Shown here: one piece after another, positions 54,422-64,000 of the stretch | How positions within the stretch are numbered: position 1 is the stretch's first letter | Layout: the number at the start of each line of letters is the position of its first letter | NCBI GenBank assembly: GCA_907165135.1 | Contig: OU015568.1 | Span: forward strand, 7,564,001 to 7,628,000 | Direction: 5' to 3' | From: Oikopleura dioica | Taxonomy: Eukaryota > Animalia > Chordata | Length of the DNA: 64,000 nucleotides | Notes under the pieces: model-generated | Told to the model about the DNA's origin: nothing | Database searches by the model: none | What the model saw: only the letters and a program-made list of their open reading frames with translations | Position numbers and translations under genes: made by a program

Positions 54422-54908
54422 TTATACAGGCCAAGCAGGTGGTTTAGGCAAGATGATCAGCTGGAAAAAACGAACCATAGAATAAAGAGGACCCTATCTA
54501 TCTACCTATGGTACTTTATCACGGATAAATTATCAGCTGGCCATCTTTGCAACCTGCTGATTTTTGAGTTGTTCTAAGGATTTGAAATTAAAATTTAAAA
54601 GCTTTCCTTGTGACACTCGTCCAGCTTTGTGGAGAAGAGAGGATTGTTGATTGGGACACCACCGATGCCGGGTTTCTTGTCGCCAACCCACATGGGATCG
54701 CCGTGTCGAACATCGAAGTGATGAGACTAGAATGATTTTTCAAAAGATGATTTATCGAGTATTTCTTTGTAAGATGGTCTACTGAAAGAATTTCGCTTTG
54801 TTATTAGTAATAACTTATTACCTTGTAGAATTTTTCCTTGCCCAACGTAGTGGAGAAGCTGTATCCAGGAAGAAGAGGAAGGTTAGATTGGGGACCCTGG
54901 TCGGACAT
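54422..54908 (-). pseudogene. EFHC2: 5' fragment of an EFHC2/Rib72-like gene
   Basis: LPLLPGYSFSTTLGKEKFYK|SHHF...VGDKKPGIGG matches the EFHC2 N-terminus. Two frameshifts, and truncation at PAW with no room for DM10 domains. Confidence 0.65.
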
Positions 54909-55331
54909 TTTACTTGGAGAAACTGAGCTCATTTAGCATTTTGAACGGACAACAAAGCATGTTCTAGAGAAAATATGGTTCTTGGCTCTGTTTATGAAAT
55001 AATCCGATTTTTAGCAAACGTAAATTATTGAGCAGGTTTATTCGCTATCAAAAATGTCCACGAGTTCAATAAGGGCAAATCGTTACGAAATTCTCTTATT
55101 CTGATATCGCTCGTAAAATTTCGTAGAATAACGAAATCATCGATCTCAATATAAAAGAATAAAAAGCTCGCATAAAAAGTTCTTTTGTGTTTTCCGAAGC
55201 ATGTCGATAAAATAGCCATCAAGCCTGGCTCAAACATTTTTTGTGAAGAAAAATACTATGATGAGAGACCGGCAGGAATCGTTCTATTATTACGATCAAG
55301 AGAAATATCCGAAATTGGGGGAGGTTCATTC

Positions 55332-56920
55332 GGGAAAAAAGACGTTCTCCACGCACTTGCCAGGGCGAGTTCTTAAAAGGGCGCACGAGAGGGGCAAGGG
55401 TGGAGCAACTGAGGCACGCGCAAGTAACGCGGTAGGAGATGGGCACACCCGGTAGGATATGAGGATTAGCAAATTAGCAGGAGCCCAGGTGATGTGCGCG
55501 GTAAGATATTAGGGTAAGCAAATGAGCATAATACCAGGTGTTATCGGAACATTTGCGAGCGGAAGTTCTCTCATCATTATCATCAAACAGCGGACAAAAC
55601 AACTGGAAGTAATTAGATGTCGCCAAAAGGTTGGACATATATATATCATTCGACTCAGAATTTTCTCATCAAGATGGATTTCACAGAATCTGTCGCAAAA
55701 CTAAAAAGCGTACCAAGATATGCTGGCTCAAAAGAGCAGCCTCATCTTTTTTACATCACAGAGGGAGTCCAAAAGACCTCTATAAATTACCATTTACAAT
55801 ATGGACGAGGAGATGCGAGATGGAATATGCATGTTCGAGCATGCTCAGCCAAAGCAGCGATTCTTCAGTGCAGTTCGGCTGATTCAAAAGTAAACCCTTG
55901 CAAAGGAACAGCCAAGATTGAGATTCTCGACCCAAAACTCATCATCGTCGAAAGGAAAGAAAACGTCAAGAAGCCAAGAAACGTTTTCAAGCTCAACTAC
56001 GATCATCCGGACGTCAAAGACATCAAGAAATACGGCAAAGTCACGACCACCAGAGACCACTGCAAGAGCTGCAAGCCATCTTTGCGCTACCATGTCATCC
56101 AGCGCGAGTTTCGTTCTAATAACGGAAAGGTATCTGTAAGTTTGAATTCAGATCAGTCGAAAATACAGTATGACAATTCGAACTTTGTAATTCCTGGCGG
56201 GAAATTGGTCCTTGAGGCTGGAATTTCTATCCAAAAGGAACAATATTCCGCTCTTAAAAAGATACAAAGATCGAGTGGTTATTCTGTATCGGACACTGTT
56301 CCTGAAAATTGTGCGCACTATACTATCATTGATCCAAATTTTGAGCCTAGCATTTCTGAATCTGATTTGTCGCTCCCGGAGGTAACTGTTCCTTTTGAAC
56401 AAACGCCAAAAGGGGTGAAACACTATCACTTGTTCTTTTTAGAACCAGATTTAGAAAAGCTAGATGACGCTTGTCGTGAAAAGTATCGACGACATCCAAG
56501 TTCGCCAATACATGCCGATGGCACTTTCTATGTCGTTCGAAACCTAAAACCATTTACTCAACTTTACACGATAAGCGTCTATCTTCAAGACCCAGTAAAT
56601 CCAGCTAAATTTTTACATGTCCCAGTTGTGTTTGCGATCCTCCAAGGTAAATCGCAGGAGATTTACGAAGAGATCATGACTGTAGTTAAAGAGAAATTCA
56701 AGGCATATTATGGCCGAGAACTCTCTATTTCTAAAGTGATGACCGATTTTGAATCTTCCGCGGTTAATTTGTAGCTCAATCTGGGCTATTTAGCTTCATT
56801 TGCAATTGTCTTGTGTCCTACCGCGTAACTTGCGAGTGCCGCAGCTGATTGACCTCGAACCTCTCGCGCGCCCTTTTCAGAACCCGCTCTGGCGAGTGCG
56901 TGGAGAACGTCTTTTTATCC
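55332..56920 (+). mobile_element. Mutator (MULE) DNA transposon, internally truncated
   Basis: About 100-bp TIRs starting GG (55332-55437 and 56817-56920) and a perfect 8-bp TSD GTTCATTC (55324-55331 and 56921-56928). Confidence 0.92.
55617..56774 (+). CDS. Truncated MULE transposase
   Basis: HADGTFY...FTQLYTI...VPVVFAILQGKSQEIY...VMTDFE. It stops shortly after the second catalytic Asp. Confidence 0.85.
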   Translation: MSPKGWTYIYHSTQNFLIKMDFTESVAKLKSVPRYAGSKEQPHLFYITEGVQKTSINYHLQYGRGDARWNMHVRACSAKAAILQCSSADSKVNPCKGTAKIEILDPKLIIVERKENVKKPRNVFKLNYDHPDVKDIKKYGKVTTTRDHCKSCKPSLRYHVIQREFRSNNGKVSVSLNSDQSKIQYDNSNFVIPGGKLVLEAGISIQKEQYSALKKIQRSSGYSVSDTVPENCAHYTIIDPNFEPSISESDLSLPEVTVPFEQTPKGVKHYHLFFLEPDLEKLDDACREKYRRHPSSPIHADGTFYVVRNLKPFTQLYTISVYLQDPVNPAKFLHVPVVFAILQGKSQEIYEEIMTVVKEKFKAYYGRELSISKVMTDFESSAVNL

Positions 56921-57835
56921 GTTCATTCATCGCAATGGGATAGACCGAGAATCCCAAATCCTCATGGCACTTTTAGATCGCAAAATTCAAGGAAGGTTTT
57001 GGAGTCCCTGACTCTTTTCACGCGGATTTCTAGGCTAAAATTCAAAACTAAAAGCAGAACTCCAAAGAGAACATTATCCACACTTTCATCTTCAACGAGA
57101 ATGTCAAAGACTTCTGCGCTTCGAAGACAACGAAGAGAAATTTCCGACAACATGGCCTTGCTAATGGCGAAGACTAATACAAACTTGATTCTATCATGGA
57201 TAGCTCTGTTTCTATGCTTTCCTCTTGGAATTCCAGCGCTGATTCTAGCCTTTAGCGTCCGGGTAACAGTAGTTTTCAGTATTTTCAGGAAACAAGAGCT
57301 TCAGAAACTTGTGGTAAAAGTGCGCGACGACAACTTCAACTTCGATCACTTACAAGAGATTTTACTCAAATGCAAGAAGCGAGGAAACTGGGCCAGAGGC
57401 TTGTCAATAACTGGAATCTCACTCTCAACAATTGCGGGTAAGAACTTTTCTAGCCACACCCATCAAATGGTTATCATTTTTATAGGTTTCGTCGTTTTAT
57501 TCGTGTGGATCATCAACAACTCTATTTTCGATCCCCAATTGGCAGACACTGACCCAGCTAATGGTCCCTATCCTTCTCCGTTTGATGGTCAACTTAGTGG
57601 ATAAAATGGGCTCCTCCCGATAAAACCGACTCAGGATATTCTTTTTTCCTTTAGAATAACTTTAATTCCAGCTTTGATTCATTGACACCACAATAATAAA
57701 AGAGTTTTATTTATTGGTATATTTAGCAATGGAGTTGTGAAAAGATTCTATTTACTCGAGTTATGCATATTTCCGGAGTTGTTAATTTGAAATACAGTTT
57801 GATTCTGCTTTTGGTCTTTTTGTGCATTCGCGTGA

Positions 57836-58310
57836 TTACATATCGCCGAGCTGCTGGGCAAGTCGGTTCATGGTTCTGCTGGTGCTCTTTGCAGGGACAC
57901 TGCTATCTTCCAGCGCGTCCAGGACGTACGAACGGTTGTTTCTGTTAAAAAATATCATACCAGTAATACGACAGAATACTTACGCAGCATCATTGTCCTC
58001 GTGCTGGATTCCTAGAGCGGAGTGAAGGCCTTCTTCGATCTTGTTTTGTGAGTAAAGACCGGCGTTGCCAGAAGTCACCAGTTGATTGATTGGCTTGAGG
58101 AAAATGAGTTAGAGTTTAAACTTTAAAGTTCCTTATAAATCGAGAACGCCAAAAATAGGCAGGCTCTTTCAGCGCAATACCTTTCTTGTAACGACTTTGG
58201 TTGTAGCTGGAAGTCCGTCCGATCGATGTTGAACAGTTTGGTTGTAAGCCGGGCGAGATGGCATTGGGGGTCCACCATGAACCTGTATGAGAACGATTAG
58301 ATACAGATGT
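57836..58310 (-). CDS. Small spliced protein with a ZASP-like motif
   Basis: In-frame GT-AG exons give ...TKVVTRK|PINQLVTSGNAGLYSQNKI...NRLAQQLGDM*. The start was not found. Confidence 0.4.
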
Positions 58311-58909
58311 AGTGTAGTCTTTCATGCATGCCAGTAACTGCGAAATGCCTTCCTGCAAATAATCAGACGTGAGTTTTTATGTAACAATACGTAGCAACCG
58401 TATTTTATCTATTTAAGGTTTGAAATAAAATGAACTTTGACGAAATCGGGCGATCGAACATGATTTGATGATTTTGAATACTCCCAGCACCTACCGTTCA
58501 TTACAGTTGACCGACACATTTTTGAAGGTTAAAAAAAAATTATTCAAACATAAAAATGGAACTTTTGGAAGAATAAGAATTCTAACATGATTTTTTCGTT
58601 CATTAGAAAAATGATCATTCCCCAAGAAAAAAATGGGGAAGGGAACTTTTGGAAGAATTCATGAAAAAAACATGTTATTTAACATAATAAAATCTGGAGA
58701 TTTTTGAATTATATAGGGCGGAAAGGCTTCTCCAAAGAGCCAATCCATAACATAAAAAAGTGGTGCATAGAGACAACAGCTCAGAAAGGTGGGTCTTTTG
58801 AAAATGTGGCATTATCTGTCGCGAAGATAGGTGCCGGGTGTCATTTCAGAATCAACGTTTCAGTAGAAGAGAGAGAGAGAAAGATAGAGGGAAGGAGAGA
58901 AATAGTTTT

Positions 58910-60924
58910 TTAGCTTTTCTGCTTCGTTTTCCGTAGCAGTTTCCGCAACAAAGGTGTCTCGCGAGTTGATGTCCTCTCTGGATGCTTGTCCCATTTGGAG
59001 TAGTTCGTCACCAGACTCTTTAGCGAAGTTGAAATTTCCTCGAAACTTTCCTGACTGGATTCCTTGCGTCTTTCGAGGCAGGCGCCCAGATCGCCGTAGA
59101 CTGAAGTATTCTGTAGCTATTCAGGGATATTCAGTTGCATCGTGAATACAAGAGATGGGGCGATATTTGAAAAAGGAACAAAAAAGAAACTGATTTTAGC
59201 GGAATTTGCTTTTCACAAGGCGTGCGGGCAAATATTGAATTTCATCAGTCTCTGTCATTAAATAAATACTGAGTTCACAAGTTTCTGCCTGGCGGAGGAA
59301 TATCCCGTTCCTTTTGAATGACCGAATCGAATCGCTTGGACACTTCAGCTTCTTCTTTTTCAGCGTCTCCCAATGATGCTTCAACTTGGTGCAATCGTTT
59401 TAGCGTTGATCTTCCCAAGTTCTTCACTTCTGATGGAGTAGAAGGTGCTGTCGACGAGGGGCTCGCGAAGCGTGAGTGGGAAGGGTTGACTTCAGATGTA
59501 GATAGGCGAAGGAAGTGTCTGTAACTTGGTTGTTTGTTTTGAGAGGTTGACGTGAGTCGAGGGCGTCGCCACCGCCCGCTGGACGAGACTTCTGGATTCA
59601 GCCTCTCCGAGTAGACTTCCTGCTCGAGCTTGATTCGAGCGTCTGGGTGTCTGCTCTCCAGGTGATGCGGCTCGTCCTGATTCTCATCGGCTTCGTCCGT
59701 GCTTACATCGTCACGTGCTGGTGGAGCCGGTTGCGGGAGAAGCTGCTTCCGCTCTCGACCTTTTTTCCTCGGTTGCGCGGGCGCAAGCGCTTGTTTTGGG
59801 ATTGCCACCGTTGCTGTTGTCAGACCTGTTGCGAGTTCTTTATTTGAATTTACAGAAAGACTAGTGCATTTTTCTGGAAGCGAAATTCTCGGAGAAGAAA
59901 ATATAGAACTCGTTCCTGCTGGACGAATTGCTGTTGGCAAAAGTGCTGGTGTGATGGGCTTCTGCGTTGTCTGGATCGCTATGCTTGGCTCGCTGCTGCC
60001 CAGCTTGAACGTACCAGCAGTAGTGACGGTTTTACTGCTTCCGGAAACATGCTGGGCGAAATTCAGTGAGGGTTTGTTGTTACTCGCGCTGCTGGACGTG
60101 ATGACGTGATTGCTTGATTCTGTGCTGGTTACTTTGATGTTGACTTCGGAGCTATCTATTTTGGGGATTTTAGTTGGTGGTTGGATGTAGTTGAGCGATC
60201 GTGGGTTGACTTGAATGTGGCGGTTTGGTGGGGTGGAGATGATTGTGGGCTTTTGGCGCTTTGTACCGATTAGGTCCAGCGTTGAGGCTCCGTCCACACT
60301 TGGCGGTGTAGAAGCAGCCGTCGCCGCTGAAGTCGGCACCGCTTGAAGCGAAGGTGCCATGACGTAGTATCCGTTTTTCTGTTGAGCAAGTGGGGTATTG
60401 TTGTTCGACTCTCGTGATATCGAGCTCGCGTATGGACTGTAGTAGACAATCTGTTGCCTTTGGAAGACCTGTGCATTGGTCCCACCGGCGTGTTGGCTCG
60501 TCGGAATGACGTAGCGGGGAGTAGCCGTCGCGTAGACTTCGCCGCTCTGCGTCGTTGACGGTGCGCGGATCACCGATGCTTGGGTCACTCGCGGATGTTG
60601 CTGGATAATCGGCTCTTTTCGTATCACCGTCTGGTTGTTGTTGAGGACGATGTTGCCACCGTTGACGAGTCCGTTGGGCCCGCTGGGCACGATTACTGCC
60701 TTCGCCGTCTGCGGCGAGCCCTTTTGGCCAATTATCGACGTCATCGACGGTGCGACCTGCTTCACGGCGACGCGGGGCGACTTGTTGAGCACGATCTGCT
60801 CCGTCGAAAATGGCTTGTAGAGTGCTCCTCCATTGAGCCCAGTAGTGAGCACATATTTCAAGCCGTTTTGGGGTCCATTTTGTCCAATTACCTGATCATG
60901 GTTACACAAAACACGATTTTTCAA
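58910..60924 (-). CDS. Uncharacterised S/T/P/Q-rich, probably nuclear protein; upstream exons likely at 61200-63300
   Basis: 549-aa ORF 59275-60924 plus downstream open exons ending LLRKLLRKTKQKS*. No domain recognised. Confidence 0.65.
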
Positions 60925-63900
60925 GTTGCACGAAAAAAAAATTGGCGATGGCGGGGCGCACCCTGGCCGCGGGGGTTGAAATTCAGAAAACTCTGAAAGA
61001 GCTGAGGCAATTATATTTGATGGACTGGACTGCCGCCGCTAGCCCCAATCTCGAATCTTTTTGAAACTATAATTTAGCGGGTGCGGGCTAAGACGGTTTC
61101 TGACTTTTAGAAATATCGCAAGATCGTAAATTTAAAAGAAACAATACTAATCGCTCATGGTATTTAGCTTCTTTCTCATTTGCGCGCTTTTTTTGCTATT
61201 TTTACGAGTCAGTTTGAAAAACGCTCGAATCAGTATTCGGAGTAGTAGTAATGGCCAGAGTGCCAAAAGTAACAGTGCTGTTGTGTGTTTTGTAACCACG
61301 GGCCTGAACGTACTGGAACGGAGCTGGTGCGGACACTTGACTACGCTGTAGTGAAGTCATCGGGTAGAACATCACATGGTCGGACTGGGTCTGTTCGGAG
61401 TTTTTAAATGATAAAGAATCGAAATCATTAATTCCCAAGGGATAGTTTGAATACTTGACTCTAAAATCGATCTACTGAGAAGATCTTACTCAAAAAGATA
61501 AATGAAAAAATGAATTAAGAATATGTCAAGCCTTTTTAAAATTATTCAGGAGCAACAACAGAATTAAAAAACTTGAAAGAAAAATAAAACCGGATGAGAG
61601 CAGATCAAAAGCCGTTAAATAAGCGCGCCAGAAAAGGGTTCACAAGAGCGTCCTGAATGTTCTGAGCCGAATCCGGATTATCTAGCGCGCCCTTGGGCCA
61701 CCCGCGACCTGGCCAGCGCCAGAAAAGAAGTGAGGTAGCCCAGGAAAAAGTCCCGCTTGAAATAGCGGATTCTTCTTTTGCCTATTTAACATTTCGGATT
61801 AACTCATAATAAGCTAGCAAAAAAACGACGAATTCTTTAAACTGAATATTGCAAATAAAGTGTCAAAATACGCAAAGAATAAGGGTCAAGAGGGATTATC
61901 ATTGTTGACTTGATAAATTTTCAAATCTACCGCAAAAGTGACTTGAGTTCAACTATTCGGAATTGAAATAAAGCTGTTTCAAAACTGAATAGAACGAACC
62001 GAAAGAATAAACTCAAAGCGTGGGGCATGTTTGCCAAGTGATGAGCGTCACAGTTGGTTTGGTTTTCTTGGCTCCGCCCGCCACCAGAAATATACATTCC
62101 CCTAAAGCAAACTGAACCGAGCCGCTCGCCGTTTATTCTGTTTTGTCTTGAGCACACATACACATTACGCAAACAACAGTCACGGGCAAACAGTGCTAGG
62201 ACAAAGCCAGGCATTTCTTTTTCTTTCTTTGCTGCTTTGTGTGTGCTTCTTTATCTTCTCCTTGGCGACATACGGCCGAGAATAGAAAGAAACACACATA
62301 TCGCACAAACCAGCAAAGAAAAAAAACACGGACTCGATCGATGGTCGCTTTGGCGATCGGGCCCGCCCCGTGGCAAGGCCCAGCGAAAAAGAAAGAGCGA
62401 AGATAAAAAAAAGCATGCAGGCAGGAGAAGCAGCATCACGAGATGCCTACGTAATACGCAGTAGCTTAGGAGAATGAACTCGCAAAAAAATGCGAACTCG
62501 AAAATGCGTTTTGAAAATGCTGACATTGCAGTTTTCAAAATTGAATTCTTCGTTTCTAAATACTACGTAGTAAATCTATTCAATTTTCTTATGAATAGAA
62601 AATAATTCTTATTAAAGCTGGATTAAAAGTATTTTAAAATAATGCAGACGGCCTCAATTAACTCTTATCACGTACGCAGTTGATCTTCTGGTAACTAAGA
62701 GTATCGAATAATAAAATATACATAACGCCGAATTAAAAAGAAAAAAAAGAAGGAATAATGGAAAATCGAAAAAAGACGTCCCTTGGGTCGATAGACGAGG
62801 ATGAGTAAATCGAGAAAAAGAGCGTCGCCAGCGTCCCACGAGATCAAGAGCGATAAAAATCGTTGAGTAACGGCGGGGCTCAGCCCCACTCTCTTGTAAG
62901 TCACGGGATCGAACCACTCGCTACCACCTCACAAAAGAAAAAAAATGGAGAAAGGGCAACTCAAGCCAAAACTGTCAACTGGCGAAATAAAAACAGACTT
63001 TGAGACAATAATCCAGCATCAAATCACAACAGAATCAATACGGATTAACACTGTAATGACTGTACTTCATTCTCCAAAATCAAATAAAGAAAAAGCAAGA
63101 AAAAGTGGCTTTTTCATATAAAAAATCTCAAAAATAAATTCGAAGAAAATTCTAGATCACTTTGGATGAGCTTGATCGAACCTGCTCTGTCGAACCCTGA
63201 TCCCCAGGGCAAGCAGTGACAAAAGATAGAGGCCTCCTTCGCAGCTTCTGAGTGTAACTCAACTTGAGACCCTACTAGACTCATAAAAAAAGAAGAAGAA
63301 AGGGCAATTTACAATTTGCGAAATTGAAAAAATAAGCGACTTCAAATTGAAAAACAACTAATGATGAGATCGCAAAATTTTTTATTTCTACTCTATTAGC
63401 TCTCTCGTTATTGAGAGCGTATTTGTGTAGCCAAGCGAATCCAAAGCTACATCACAGGAAAAAGAAAATAAGCCAACATTAAAAAATGGCGAATTTAGCA
63501 ATTTTATTTGAATATTTCGAAAGGGCAAATAATAAAATAGATCCGGGTCCTTGAAAGTGGGAAAAAGAAAGAGAGCTGGTAGCAAAAAATGCACTTTTTC
63601 GAATCAAAAATATAAAGAAAAAAGTGCATTTTTAGCACGAAAATATAAAAAAAAGTATCAATTTTAGAGAAAACATTATTAAAAAAGTAATTTTGGCTCG
63701 TTTGAAAATGTTTCTTCCCGAAAAATAACTTAAAATCAACCATTAAAAGTCCCAAAAATTATAAAATTTTCCTGAAAAAAAACTTTAAAAACTCCATTCC
63801 TTTGAGTCCGCATTTGTTCTATTCTCCATTAGTTGTTTGCCTGTGCTGTTGATCGTTTCTCTTCAGCTGTTTGGCATCGTTCCTTTCGTTTTCGCTTTTT

Positions 63901-64000
63901 TATTCTCTGTTTCTTGTTAATTTCGACAAAGCTCTTTTTCTCTTCGCGGGTGTGTGAGTTTGTGTGTCTCGCTAAACGTTGAGTTGACTAAGAGGGGGCC

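Larger units (their letters stand above)
55258..57604 (+). pseudogene. CD225/dispanin-family membrane protein gene interrupted by a Mutator element
   Basis: Removing the element and one TSD joins ...YPKLGEVHS to SQWDRPRIPNP...NLILSWIALFLCFPLGIPALILAF...KRGNWARGLSITGI in frame. Confidence 0.7.

Noticed and set aside
63585-63633. 15-bp perfect inverted repeat AAAAATGCACTTTTT
   Set aside because: Low-complexity AT-rich context, no TSD and no second copy seen.

Overview
Compact, intron-rich animal genomic DNA. Introns of about 40-50 nt, GA-AG/GG-AG/GC-AG introns, and same-strand gene runs with AG acceptors just before the ATG all point to an appendicularian tunicate such as Oikopleura (inference). 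The left 17 kb is a minus-strand, operon-like run: two hnRNP F/H-type qRRM genes, DNAAF6/PIH1D3, a tentative ATG14-like gene, TRABD, LRRC45, SGSM3, RBM42 and RETREG/FAM134. Next come Six4/5, an astacin-EGF-CUB protease, an SLC15 peptide transporter, two tRNAs, an acidic coiled-coil gene, PAPS synthase, CLASP, PUS7, a short MYND gene, an EFHC2 fragment and a CD225 gene split by a Mutator element. The main findings are three. (1) The PAPS synthase APS-kinase region has a tandemly duplicated 139-nt coding cassette that looks mutually exclusive, with a highly structured intron next to it. (2) Several DNA-transposon MITEs supply or form introns; one hAT element's target-site duplication creates a GC donor and an AG|GT recursive-type site in Six4/5. 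(3) Single-base frameshifts recur in conserved genes and at three splice junctions, most simply explained by assembly homopolymer errors. All homology calls are from recalled motifs, not searches. Gene boundaries are manual splice reconstructions.
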